From Octopus bimaculoides (Eukaryota): DNA of 38,354 bases. The notes below the pieces were generated by a model. It saw only the letters and a program-made list of their open reading frames with translations. It did no database searches and was not told the origin of the DNA. The DNA lies in NCBI RefSeq assembly GCF_001194135.2, contig NC_068981.1, positions 50,047,257 through 50,085,610 of the forward strand, written 5' to 3'. The translations under genes were made by a program, and so were the position numbers. This document shows, in pieces, positions 1-12,936 of this stretch (position 1 is the stretch's first letter; each line of letters starts with the position of its first letter).

Positions 1-12
1 CTCTTCCGATCT
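1..12 (+). other. Probable Illumina adapter remnant (CTCTTCCGATCT)
   Basis: The first 12 nt are identical to the 3' end of the Illumina adapter (...GCTCTTCCGATCT) and run directly into (TA)n at the window edge. Confidence 0.7.
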
Positions 13-1863
13 ATATATATATATATTTATATATATATCGATATGTAATATTCACAGCTTCACACAAATTCACGTAGATGACAGGATTCAATACGTGAGT
101 AAATTTGTATATTTATTAGAAAATGTATCGGCAGTCATTCCAAAATAAGACCTGCTTGTAGTGTGTCAAATAAACCAGTAGGAGTCTGGAAATAAGATAT
201 GCGATTGTAAATATATCATTGATTTCTGGAAGGGAATTAAAGAGGATATGCACGATATTCTTCTTGAGGAAATAAACAAATAAGTTGTGTAAAGGAGGGC
301 CGAATGTCTTCGGTCATGATTTGGGCGTGGCTACAAATATGAAGACACGCAACATTTGGTGTTCGCTCTAACGGCGATTGTTTGACCTGAGTATTATTTC
401 AATGAAGTGATCGGAAGCAATGCCTAAATGATGATGATTGTTCCCTGAAAAGCTAAATTTGTTATTTCAAACATTTTAATTTAAAAACATTTTTTAATCG
501 TCCGATAAAACTTTTTTAGTCGGTGGATATTTATTTTATTTTATTTTATTTTTTCCTTTAATTATTTTATATTTGACTATTAGATTTTTTGGTAGTTTTT
601 TGAATTTTTAGCCGTTTAAATTTAACTTTTTGTTAGGCCGATTTATTTCTATTTTATTCGATTATAGTATTTTACTTTCTGGATTTTACGTATATGTATT
701 ATTTTTTATGTGTTTGGGAACCATGGAGATTTTTTATACGATTAGTTGAGTAGTGGTTTGTAAGTAAACTCATCAACCCGAATTTATTGTTTGTGTTATA
801 ACCGATGCTTCTTTACCTACATATATATACATATATATATATATACAGACATATATATGCGTGTGCATGTGCCTCTGTGTATGTGTGTGTGTGTGTGAGT
901 GTGTGTGTATGTGCGTGTGTGTGTGAGTGTGTATGTAAGTTTGTGCGTGCACGATAACTTGTAATTCAAATCTTTACTGATGTCGGTTATACCTGCACAT
1001 CGCCTTCAGCAGTTTTGATAGGAAGTTTCAGTTACATTATATATTTTGTGATGTACTTAGTATATAGATGCGATTTTGTCGTAAATTCTCTATCCTATGT
1101 AATTTCTCCAATGATTGTCTTCATTCACTAAGCAATACTTAATATTTAATCCATATCTCCTCTCCCAATATACTTTACTATTCCTTCACCTTCGCCCCAA
1201 TTTGTTCTCATAACTGCTTTTCCTTCCCTGCAATGCCTAATTTTCGCTATTCACTCTTCCCTCTCCTCCCTTTCTTTCCTTTCTGCAATTTCTTATTTTG
1301 TCACCGTCTTTCTTTTATTATTTTCACATTTATACACCTTGATATTTCTACACTTTCATTTTATTCCATTCGCCCCAAGAATGTGATGGAAACAGAAGTT
1401 GTTCCTGCACTTCAATATACGGTGCTTAAGAATCCGATACAATCACATTCAAATTTTGACCTGCACATCACAAGGTGTCATGTCTTGAGTTGATGAACAG
1501 AGCATGTGTTTAATAAACCCTCAAACATACAATTTCGCTGAATTTTGATTTGGAAATTATACCGAGAATTGTAAGGATTTCTTGAACTAGGTTTTAACTA
1601 AACATTCATTATTTAATGACATAACCCTGTTTCAAGCCAGATTGATCAATGTTCTTTTGCATTTATGTGCAAATAAACTAGCATATTCTTGAACATTGCC
1701 ATTGTTACAGCGTATTGATGTTCAGCTATATGCTGGCTTATAATTGTTTGTTCAGGTATTCATCTAATGCTCAAAACTTTAGATATACTTTGTTAGCAAA
1801 TTTAGAAATTAAAATGTATTTGGTCATCTTCTGAAATAAGGTACACATATATGCATATAATTG

Positions 1864-1943
<80 letters not shown>

Positions 1944-2025
1944 TGTGTGTGTGCGTTTGTGGGTGTGTGTGCGTGTGTGTGTGTGTTTGTGTGTGCGCGC
2001 GTGTGTGTGTGCGTTTGTGTGTGTG
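1864..2025. repeat. (TA)n(TG)n compound microsatellite
   Basis: Read directly; source of the HTHT/CVCV pseudo-ORFs. Confidence 0.95.
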
Positions 2026-4160
2026 TAAGGTTGCATGAATGTATGAACGCCGATGACATGTTTTACAAAGTATCAGTTTACAATATATCTTTTATCCATC
2101 CGTAATATCATTGTTGTTCCCATTATGAAAAATGTATCCATATATGTTTTTTTCATAAATGCATATAAACGCAATGACTCAGCTTAAATTTTATCTCCAA
2201 ATTTTATTACATCTAAACAGAACGAGAAAGGAGATGAGTTGTTCAAATTTACGGCCACTAACAAGGTACGATAGAATTTTCTTTTTATGAAACAGAAAAG
2301 AAATTTCAGTGTTAAATTATACTTTTCAGTGTGTTTCGTTGATATATTGCATTTAAGTTTCACTTTACACTTCAATTCCTTCATAAGCTATACATAATTT
2401 ATATTATGTGAATTGTTTAATATAAATTATTTACCATTTTTTTGTCATTCTTACTAGTCTAAATAGAGCAAAATTTACTGTTAATACTCGACTCCAAACT
2501 GAATATCCACTAGATAAATTATTGGATCGATAAGATCACATGTGCTCACATCTTGTCATATTTGGCATTGAGCCACATCAAAAGAGATTAATATATCTGA
2601 AACCCGAAAAGAAAATTGTCTCAGTGCACAGAACCGGTATTCGATAAATTTTATTTTTCAGATGTGAGCTATAATATATTCATTTAACATTTCCAGGCTG
2701 TTCGAATTTGAAATCATTCCCGAATATCTATAATTACAAATATGGATGCTATATTAGTAAACGGACGTTGGGCGAGTAAGATATTATATTATTAACAGTA
2801 ATCGTATGTCTTCCTTACGTCGATCGAAATATATCCACTGAAACTTTGCACCAAATGGTTATTTTGCTGATATTTATAATTAATTTCGTTTCAAATGACT
2901 CACTGGAAATTTATGACTAATTGATGGTCTGAAATAGTTTGAAGTTTGAAATAGTTCAAAGTCTCCTTCAATATTCAATGTCTTAATAAGAAAAACTGGC
3001 AAAAAACTGGCAAAAAACTTAATTCAGTATCTCACAGAAATTTCTTCCATGGCATAGCCATCATTGTATATATATATATATATAAACACATACATATATA
3101 AATATGCACATATACATATATATANNNNNNNNNNNNNNNNNNNNNNNNNNNNNNNNNNNNNNNNNNNNNNNNNNNNNNNNNNNNNNNNNNNNNNNNNNNN
3201 NNNNNNNNNNNNNNNNNNNNNNNNNNNNNNNNNNNNNNNNNNNNNNNNNNNNNNNNNNNNNNNNNNNNNNNNNNNNNNNNNNNNNNNNNNNNNNNNNNNN
3301 NNNNNNNNNNNNNNNNNNNNNNNNNNNNNNNNNNNNNNNNNNNNNNNNNNNNNNNNNNNNNNNNNNNNNNNNNNNNNNNNNNNNNNNNNNNNNNNNNNNN
3401 NNNNNNNNNNNNNNNNNNNNNNNNNNNNNNNNNNNNNNNNNNNNNNNNNNNNNNNNNNNNNNNNNNNNNNNNNNNNNNNNNNNNNNNNNNNNNNNNNNNN
3501 NNNNNNNATATATATATATATATACTTCTGTCTGTGGCTGCGGACGTAGATGTGAGAGAGCAGGAGAGGGATGCGTGTGTGCATGTGTGTATGTGCTGTG
3601 TTTTAAATAGTAAACCGCTTTGTCGAAACTAAGATGATTTCCAAAAGAGAAATAATTACTGAATGTCTTTATCCGTTAAATGTAAAAAAAAATCTTTTTA
3701 GGCGGGTGTTTCGGGTTGATTGCATTTATGAAGCGCATTCCTTATATAACTATTTGTAGTCTGGAAGACTTGGGGTTCTTATATTGTCTATTTTGGTACA
3801 AACTCTAAACGTTCTATTTTTTCTACCTGCTTTAAATTAAGCAGAGTAATATTACATTTTATCTACCTATCTATGCATCTGTCTGTCTATCAATATATCT
3901 GTCTCTCTATCTAATTGTCTGTCTTTCTATCTACCTACCTACCTGTCTATCTACTTATCTATGTTTATATGTGTATAAAAGATGAAGGTGTGTAAGTTAG
4001 GTGCTAGATTTTCATTGAAAGGCTCATTAGACTACATTGCTTAATACGCTCCAGAATTGTTTTTGTAGGTTCAAATACCCACGAATTCAAATTTTGCCTT
4101 TCATCCTTTCGTGAAAGTAAGTTTGCATAATTGAATTAGTCCCGGGTACTTTCTCCTTTG

Positions 4161-4162
<2 letters not shown>

Positions 4163-4208
<46 letters not shown>

Positions 4209-4259
4209 NNNNNNNNNNNNNNNNNNNNNNNNNNNNNNNNNNNNNNNNNNNNNNNNNNN

Positions 4260-4318
<59 letters not shown>
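4163..4318. repeat. (CT)n microsatellite spanning an N gap (4209-4259)
   Basis: Read directly. Confidence 0.95.
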
Positions 4319-4320
<2 letters not shown>

Positions 4321-5027
4321 GAGTCTTACTTTCTGATGGAAATGTTCTGTAATCATACTTGAAAACGAATTAGCTACACAAAACACACAAAAAAACCAAC
4401 AAACCTCTGCAAGTCTCTCAAGACTTGAGGACCAGAAAAGAGTCATATATGTGCGTATTTGTGTGTACGAGCTTTTTAATTCGATGAAAGAGATTTTTTT
4501 TTTTTACATGAGATAGGCAACGAGCTTAACGGAAATATTTTCTCGAAACAATAAGTATCCACGAGTCTAGATATGCTAAATCTGTGGTCGTTTGTCAGTC
4601 AATGAAGCTGGGGATTCAGTGAAATTCTACAAAATTATTAATGGTACTAATGTACCATGCAATGACATCTTTACCGAGTTGTTCAGCACGATAACATTAT
4701 TAATAACGCTACGTTGAAAGTATAAATGAATTAGGAAAGAAAATAGCCGCCTGTTAAGAACTGACATTTGGCGTGGTCCAAGCATGAATGTTGCTGAAGC
4801 TCTTGTCGGTATATTTGGCCCAATATGAATCGAGAAACAATCAAGATTCAATGACGAGCTATGCAAAGTCATTTAAAGACCTTTGGTTGTAATATTACTC
4901 TGGATTATATTGCTTTATTACACACTTAGTATTAAAAGCAATTGGATCTGATTCATCAAACAAGACTCTATACTGAGTATTAGCTATTTTAAAACTTTTA
5001 GGATTATATTTGTGAAATGCGTATGTA

Positions 5028-5086
5028 ATATTACCGGATATATTACCGGATATATTATTACCGGATATATTATTACCGGATATATT
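5028..5086. repeat. Minisatellite, 12-15 bp unit TATT(ATT)ACCGGATA x4
   Basis: Two 12-nt units followed by two 15-nt units. Confidence 0.9.
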
Positions 5087-6119
5087 AAATATATATAAAG
5101 TTTTATCATCATGAAAAGCATCAGTGGTTTATCCTTGCCTAATGGAAACTAGAAATGAAATCTTGTCCCTGATAATATTTTACGAAAATGAAACGAGAGT
5201 ATGGGCAAATAGGATTGATATACAGAGTAAATCGCACTAATATCACTTTCTCAGAATACAGATCCTGCATGCGACTGGAAAATGACTCAACATTAATTTT
5301 CATTTATCTCCTAATTTTAGGATATAGAATTTCTCACATTTATCGGACAGCAAACGAAGTATTCATTTATCAGATGTCACGTTACAAAATATTTCAGCTA
5401 CAATATGCTGGCGGGGGTGGAATGTTAGGTTAAAGAAATATATATCAAGATTGATCAACGCTAAGGATTTTGTTATCATATGGTCTCAGAAACTGAAACA
5501 AGTAGTAAGTCTCCCAGTTATTCAATAACGTGTTACCACTTTCTATTCTATATAGGATATGAATTGTTTCTGTATCTGAATGCAAATGATAAAATACAAA
5601 TAACCGCAAGAACTTTTTTAAGCAAGAGAAGTATTCAAAGAGAGCAGTGGAAGGGGGGGTTGGAAGATGTCTATGCTTACAAAATCAAGAGATCGGCAAA
5701 CTTACCACAATTCATGTTAAAGGCGTTGTAGAGACAGTAACATCATAATTGTGTAAATGGGCTTTCGGATCATGTCTTAATTGCGCTGTGCCAAATGCTT
5801 CAGGTTGGACGCCAAAGACACGGATGGAGAAACAGCGAATTCTAATTTACTATCCACTCATAGGGTATAACACCGTCTTGTGATAGCCACCATTGACTTA
5901 AGATATTGAATGCATTAAAACTTGTTCAGAGAAAAGAGAAATATTTAATTGGCAATATTATAAGCATCGTAGAGAACAAACAGCAAAAACTGTGAAATTA
6001 CCATTTATAGGTGTTATCAGTAATATGAATCTAGCAAAATGATAAAAAGAAAAAAACTTAAGGTGCCTGTAGTCTGCCTGCTTTAACCAGTAAATCTAAC
6101 AATGCACTTAATCAACATC

Positions 6120-6580
6120 GATTTTGATTTTAGGTGAGAGATGAGGTTATATTCGTCGATATTTGTTGTACTGCGACGTTATAGCTGCAGTGATTCGCTC
6201 ATAGAGAAGGAAGTGAACAATAATAAAATATAGGCAGAGATTAGGACACCAAGTGATGGCTAAAATCCGTCTTTGCCGATTATCGAAACATAGTGCTCGA
6301 GAGGCACGAAAGTATGATACTGGCCTGCAGTACTATCGAAGTTGAAGACGCTAAGTTAAAACTTGCTTTATTTCCAGTAAATACTAAACAATGCAAGACT
6401 TAGAGACGAAGGTGAACAAATGTGGTGTAACCAGTTTAGATATATGGACGAACAATTTTCACTGGAGAAGAATTACGAAATGATTTTTCAACGAAGCGCC
6501 AACAAGTTTAAAGTAAGGTATGAAGATAGAGCGTAAAAACATTGTCTGCAGAGATTATTATGTGAGAGCCGGAGGAGTTC
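6120..6580 (+). mobile_element. Possible highly degenerate IS630-Tc1-mariner transposase remnant
   Basis: NPSLPIIET*CSRGTKV*YW (from 6264) resembles the NPH...SPKVMVW segment; RYMDEQF (6438-6458) resembles the RYLDEQF segment after the second catalytic Asp. Many stops and frameshifts; no TIR found. Confidence 0.3.
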
Positions 6581-7590
6581 CTTGTATTTCCTTAGAAAGA
6601 GAATGGAAACTTTTGCGATAGCTCACGAAGAAAAATAATGGCAGGCTAGTACTGTACTTTACAGACATTCAAGACAAAGATATAGTTTGGTAGGCATTTG
6701 GCGGAAAAATTGAAGACATTGGCTTGAACCGTAGTGACCAAAATGTGTTGCGTTAGATGTCCCGCACGCACACTAATTACTAAGGGACAATAATATGGAA
6801 GAGCTAATAGGAATGATGGAAACGTGGTTCAAGTGGAGTTATTTCTTCCGTTCCACTGAAAGGAAATGTTACAGTAGAGTGGTATATAAGAATATTTCCA
6901 AATACAACCAAAAATGGATAATTTCCAGTCTTAACTCGGCATAGCTAACAAGTTGGAATGCGAAAAGGTGACAGTGCAGCAAAATCGGTGTTCAGGTATG
7001 TAAGAAAACATATACACGTTGTGTCATTATTCTTTGATGGTTCTGGTTGATCTCAGCCATCCGACGATGAGAACACATTTGTGATCTGTGATCCTGAATT
7101 AATGCATAAGTAATTGTGCACTCGTCAGACATATTAGGCCTTAACATACATTTCAGGGAGAAATAGCAGGATGAAGTCTGCTGGAAAATTGATCGGATAA
7201 ATGTTATTCACAACATTTCTAGACTTTAGATCTTCGATAGACTCTCTAATATTTCTGTGTATCTAATTCCAATCAAATATATAATCTACTTCAAAATGAT
7301 ATTGCCCCAAGTGATATCGAACTTGAATCCTCAACGTTGTGAAGCAAAATTCTTGATCATTCATCGCACTGAGCCACTATCTTTCTCTCTCTCTCTCTCT
7401 CTCTCCCTCTTACACACACACACGCACATTCACGCACACACACATATACACTAACACTCCTTCTCACACACTCATTACACACTCACATCCACGCGTGCGC
7501 GCACACACACACATATATACACATATATATATTTTGATATTCATATAGAGGCATACATATACGTACATGTATACATATGTGTACATATGT

Positions 7591-7703
7591 AGTGAGAGAG
7601 AGAGTGGGTGTGAGAGAGAGTGGGTGTGAGGGGGAGTGGGTGTGAGGGAGAGTGGGTGTGAGGGAGAGTGGGTGTGAGAGAGAGTGGGTGTGAGAGAGAG
7701 AGA
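7591..7703. repeat. 16-bp minisatellite (TGAGAGAGAGTGGGTG) x~6
   Basis: Read directly; A/G variants between units. Confidence 0.9.
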
Positions 7704-8936
7704 ACCTGCAATCGTACATGCCCGTATTAATTTATGTACGTTTCCCAGTTGGAAAAAATGCAAACATTCTTCAGACATGATGTTATTTATTGTTCATTCA
7801 TTTCATTCTTTGTTGATATGTTAACATGTTATGTAAATTTCCATATGAAATTCTAATAAAATATTATGATGTGTACTTTTTATATTTTTTTATTCAAATT
7901 GAATTATTTTTAAATTTAGAAAATGTAATATCACAGATTTCCGAACTCCTTAAATGTTATTCGTAAAATTGCTTGGTATTCATTCTCAAAGTAAGTACCA
8001 TATATTTTTTTGTTTTATATTCCATTACTATTGTTCAGTTTTGGTTCGAAATGTTACGTCTCAACAACTCCAATTTACATTTCATTAAGTTAACAATGTT
8101 TATAAATAAAGGTCTTTTTAATGAAGAGTCTGCGACTAATTATCTTTTCACGCCTTACTATTGAATTACAATACTTTTCAATGTCTTTTATTTTACTTTA
8201 ATTCATATTTTTTTCTACTTGTGTTTACGTCTTAACTTTTACATATACAGTTTTATTTGTCTTCTTTCTCGAGTAGCAACAAAGAATTCGTCGAAGTTAA
8301 TCGACTGTACATTATAGTGTTTGAATTCAAATTGATGCAATAGTAATATCATATCTTAATGGAGGTGATAATTTCCTAACCTCTAAATAATCACATTTCT
8401 GATAACGCTAAAACATACCGATATTTTCATTGTACGTATTCCTTAGATGGTTCTCGATCTCATTAAATATTTCAACCAAAATTTAATAATATGCACATTT
8501 ATGAATATTTGTGTATTTTTTTTTTTTTTGTTCTGTATTTATCTCGCTTTTCGCCATTTAAATATTTAACAACACCATTGCTTTTAACAGTTTCTAATGA
8601 ATGGTACTTTCATTTGTGCCACAACATTCGGCGCATGCCCTCCCGAACCAAATTCTATAAATCTCGTTAATCTGCTGTCGACATGGATGTTAAGCAAGCA
8701 TAATTTAATATATAGTTTGTACAGACTTCTTCAACACTCGCTGAAAACCGACAAGTGCTACACGATTCATCCTCCATGTATATAAAGTTTATAAAATATT
8801 ACTTTCATTATCTATCTTAGGCATCAGAATATATGATANNNNNNNNNNNNNNNNNNNNNNNNNNNNNNNNNNNNNNNNNNNNNNNNNNNNNNNNNNNNNN
8901 NNNNNNNNNNNNNNNNNNNNNNNNNNNNNNNNNNNN

Positions 8937-8970
<34 letters not shown>

Positions 8971-9133
8971 ACATACAGATACAAAATGAGCACAAGTGCA
9001 TAGAACATGCCCACAAAGGGACATATACATACATACATACATACATACATGGCTACACAGAGAAAAAGGTACATACGCATAACCTAAGAATGTAATAACT
9101 AATAGTAAAATGAAAAAGAGGTAATCAATAAGA

Positions 9134-9660
9134 CTATTTAAGGTTAATGAAAAGAAATTTGGACATATGTTTACAAGATTAAACTCTTTCATCTCTAGAA
9201 TTTAAGATAGAACCGTTCATTTTCATAATTATATAAGACTCTTCAAGGCATAAAGGGCACGCTCCATTTCTAATCCTATAACAGGGGGGCAGAAGAAACA
9301 ATATTCCAATAAATTGAGAAATTCGTGTTGTTTCTTTTAAGTTGCCAAACATTTTTGGATAAACTAGTACTACTTTCTTTTCGTGGATCATTAAAAGATG
9401 ATTTATGACTATTCAAACGTAATTTAAGAGGAGTCTGCGTGCAACCTATATAATGAAACCTACAGAGATCATGTGTTGTAATAGTAGGTTTGTATAGAAC
9501 ATTTTTCATTTTACAATTATCTTTAACCTCACAGTTGTTAGGGTTTCTACAATTGTTACTCATATTAGACGTACTATTGTTATGTATATGTGTGATGATA
9601 GAGGATATATGATTTCATCCAAATATATGATTTCACCCAAGGTAAATGCAACTCTCAAAG
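9134..9660 (-). mobile_element. Penelope-like retroelement remnant: linker plus GIY-YIG endonuclease, probably Naiad-type, inactivated
   Basis: NNCRNPNNCEVKDNC (Cx5Cx5C), NVLYKPTITT, YIGCTQTPLKLRLNSHKSSF, SLSKNVWQLK. After a +1 frameshift in the G6 run at 9284-9289: CYRIRNGACPLCLEESYII...LNSRDERV*SCKHMSKF, i.e. the CCHH residues and catalytic R/E of PLE GIY-YIG. No RT upstream. Confidence 0.9.
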
Positions 9661-10962
9661 TTGGCCCCGGGGCTAGCTTTGAGAGTTGCATTTCCTCGCG
9701 TTCGGTAAAAATGTATTAATTATGGTAGTTTGACCTTAGAGTTCCTCTTACCGTGAGTCATTCATATTTAGTAATACCCTTATATCAATAAATATATTTT
9801 GGGGAATAAATTATGGATTTTTCCCTTATGAGGTTTTTTCACGCTAGCTACTTGATAAACTGTTATAAAAAGAATTTATACTATTATTGAATTATATATA
9901 TATATATATNNNNNNNNNNNNNNNNNNNNNNNNNNNNNNNNNNNNNNNNNNNNNNNNNNNNNNNNNNNNNNNNNNNNNNNNNNNNNNNNNNNNNNNNNNN
10001 NNNNNNNNNNNNNNNNNNNNTATATATAAATGTGTTCATATACGGCCTCGTATATATATATACAGAAAGTTCGGGGTTGTGAATCCAACCCACTAAGGGA
10101 TAATATTTCTCATATACATGTGTCTCCGTCGGTCTGGCTTTCCTGTCATATAAAATATACTTACATCCATTATAGGACATCACTGCCTTCATCAGAGAAA
10201 ATAAGTTTCACATCTACTGCTTTTTTATAAGGGGAATAACCTACTGACTGTTTATATAGAACTATATGCAAAAGACCAGAAGTGATTTTTGTATGACTGG
10301 GGGAAGATATACAATGCATGATAAGATATGGTCACTGATGTCTCTATAGGTGGAGGAAGGTAGTGTTGTATTACTTTCCAGAAAATGTTTCAGTTGCTGT
10401 GAAGTATTGTTTTTACCTCTATACAGAATCGTAATGAACAAATGTTGAGTAAAACCTGTGTTTGTCATAGTAAACAGCGTCGGTGTTGTGTAGACAAAGA
10501 ATGACTGTTTTAAGCAAAGCTTGCATTTACATATCTTTATATTTTAGGCAGGAGTTTCTTTTATTGCAGACCAAGCCTGTGTATGTTGTATGTTTTTTTT
10601 TTTGTTTTTTATCTCAGATCATGCGTGTGTGTGTCTAATGATTTATTTTTTTCAATATATATTTTTAAATGTATTTATAATGTATATATCTATATTTTTA
10701 TATATGTTTATATTTTTAACGTATTGATTACTCAATATATTTTCTATATATCTATATATTTTTGATGTTTTATGTATTGAATATACTTTCGGAGAAATTC
10801 ATGCATGTTTGCTTTAGGGCTTAATAGATATGAATGTGTATGCGGGCTTGTTTTGTCTAACTTCGATTCTTACATCTGCATTATTCTAACGCTTCGGGTT
10901 TAATAACTTGAGCACTTCAAAGTCAAGTCTATGCATTGGAGAAAAAATAGTTTTCCTTATAA

Positions 10963-11023
<61 letters not shown>

Positions 11024-12384
11024 GTTTGATTATGATAGTAAGATACCAGGTCACTGGGTGCGAATCATCATAATGTTTTTTTCAATATTCAGATGACCTG
11101 CAAATCCACATTTCTGCTAATGTTTACTCTGCCGCATCTCTAATTTTGATCCTCTCGAACACCGTTTACTATTCACCAATACGTCAAGCTGTTTGTGGGA
11201 AAGAAGATATGAAACGTCAAATTGAGCCGGAAAATTTAGTACGATAGTTTCGCACAATTTCATAACATGCATACAACCATAAGTATGTGTGTGTTTGTGC
11301 GTGTGTGTGTGTTTGTGCGTGTGTGTGTGCCTGTGTGTGTGTGCTTATATATATATATATATATTTCTTTTTTAATTAATTATTACTCGTGACGGTGACG
11401 TTTCGATGCCAGACAGACATCATATGTTTCTCTCATATGCAATAAGATAATCGGTATCTCTTTATTGTAGAGATCCAGAGAAATGTACCACTCTTTCTCG
11501 GAAACTTAATTTATTCCTACAACCGCCCATTTTAAGTTATACCTCTGCTTTAGTGAAACAAGTGTTTATCGAAAATTTATGAAATAATTTGCTACCATTT
11601 AACTCATAACCCTCTCCATACATGTATATGATACACACATGCTCGCAATATATTCACATGCTCTCACTATCTCTCTATCTCATGCGCACACACACAAATA
11701 CACACACAGATACCCACACACACATATGTGCATAAAATCATGTAAATTACTTACTCAAACATTTTCGTGTACCCGACTTGTTTCCATAATTTTCGACCCC
11801 TTTTTACAAAGTGTAGTATCACTCATGAATAATTATGAAGTCGGTATTAATAACAAGAAATATTATTTGCAATATGAACAAAAGAGAAAATTCAAATCTA
11901 TTCACTATATGATGACTTAATGATTTTGAATGATGAAATAAAACAAGAAATATACATATATAATTTTCATTCTGTTCTTTTATATCATTTTAAATATCTC
12001 TTTATGAAATGTCAAATCTTTGATAGGGTTATAGAGTGTGAGTAGTGTAAAATACCTCAGCAACTCAGAAAATGTAAATATCAAATAAAAGTAAAATCAA
12101 AACTGAAGGCAGACGAATGAAGACGAAAAAAACTAATAAAATGTATTATTGTCTGTTCAATCTTGTCCATTAAGGTTCATGGAACTACATTAATAGTTCT
12201 GTAAGAGATGAATAACGATCGAAAATAACATACATCTTATTCAGTTCTGCCTCTGGCTAATCTATAAAAGTATTTTGAAATATAGACATTTTAAAATCAT
12301 ACTTCGATCAGCTCATATAGAAATTTTATTCATATCATTGATATTATAGTCAAAATGTTCTTCTTTGAGTACATTATTTATTAT

Positions 12385-12450
12385 CATCAACATCATCATC
12401 ATGATTACTATTATTATTATTATTATTACTACTACTACTACTACTACTAC

Positions 12451-12491
<41 letters not shown>

Positions 12492-12591
12492 TCATCGTTG
12501 TTATTATTGCGTTGTTGATGATGATATTAGTTTTGTTTTTTGTTACTGCTACTATTATTAGTGTTTTTTTAGCAGCAATATAGCAGCAGAT

Positions 12592-12662
<71 letters not shown>
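12385..12662. repeat. Compound trinucleotide microsatellite (ATC/ATT/ACT/AGT)
   Basis: Read directly; gives the poly-I/T/S/L/V pseudo-ORFs. Confidence 0.95.
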
Positions 12663-12874
12663 TACCTTATTATCACCATTATCGTCTTGATCAACATTAT
12701 TCTAGCAGCTGCCATTGCTGATTAAGAATTTTGCCTCCATCAGGCATGGTACGTATCACGCTTTAGCATTTTAAGAGGAGAGGACTTTTCCGCTGACACC
12801 TTCTAAAGCCTTAGGCTTTTATTATTCTTTGTGTTCAGTTTTGAGACACAAATGGACTTTTATTCGACATATTT

Positions 12875-12876
<2 letters not shown>

Positions 12877-12934
<58 letters not shown>
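12877..12934. repeat. (TG)n microsatellite
   Basis: Read directly. Confidence 0.95.

Positions 12935-12936
<2 letters not shown>

Noticed and set aside
1802-2105. ORFs made of HT/CV/YI dipeptides or poly-N/T/S/I/L/Y runs (also 7464-7778, 12313-12583, 17786-18020, 19958-20299, 20947-21331, 27228-27476, 28359-28823, 37272-37579, 38122-38331)
   Set aside because: They are translations of microsatellites, not genes.
6929-6995. AG...GT-bounded segment with a strong donor
   Set aside because: Stop codons in all three frames.
7300-7380. Very faint similarity to the SINE head on the minus strand
   Set aside because: Too degenerate to support by eye.
8591-8785. Acceptor-preceded open frames (SNEWYFHLCHNIRRMPSRTKFYKSR* / MNGTFICATT...)
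   Set aside because: Two competing frames, no family similarity, cannot be placed in a consistent gene model.
9615-9617. In-frame TGA upstream of the Naiad-like domain as a possible selenocysteine codon
   Set aside because: It lies in the 18-bp duplicated unit and not at a conserved Cys position; the conserved Cys codons present are TGT/TGC.
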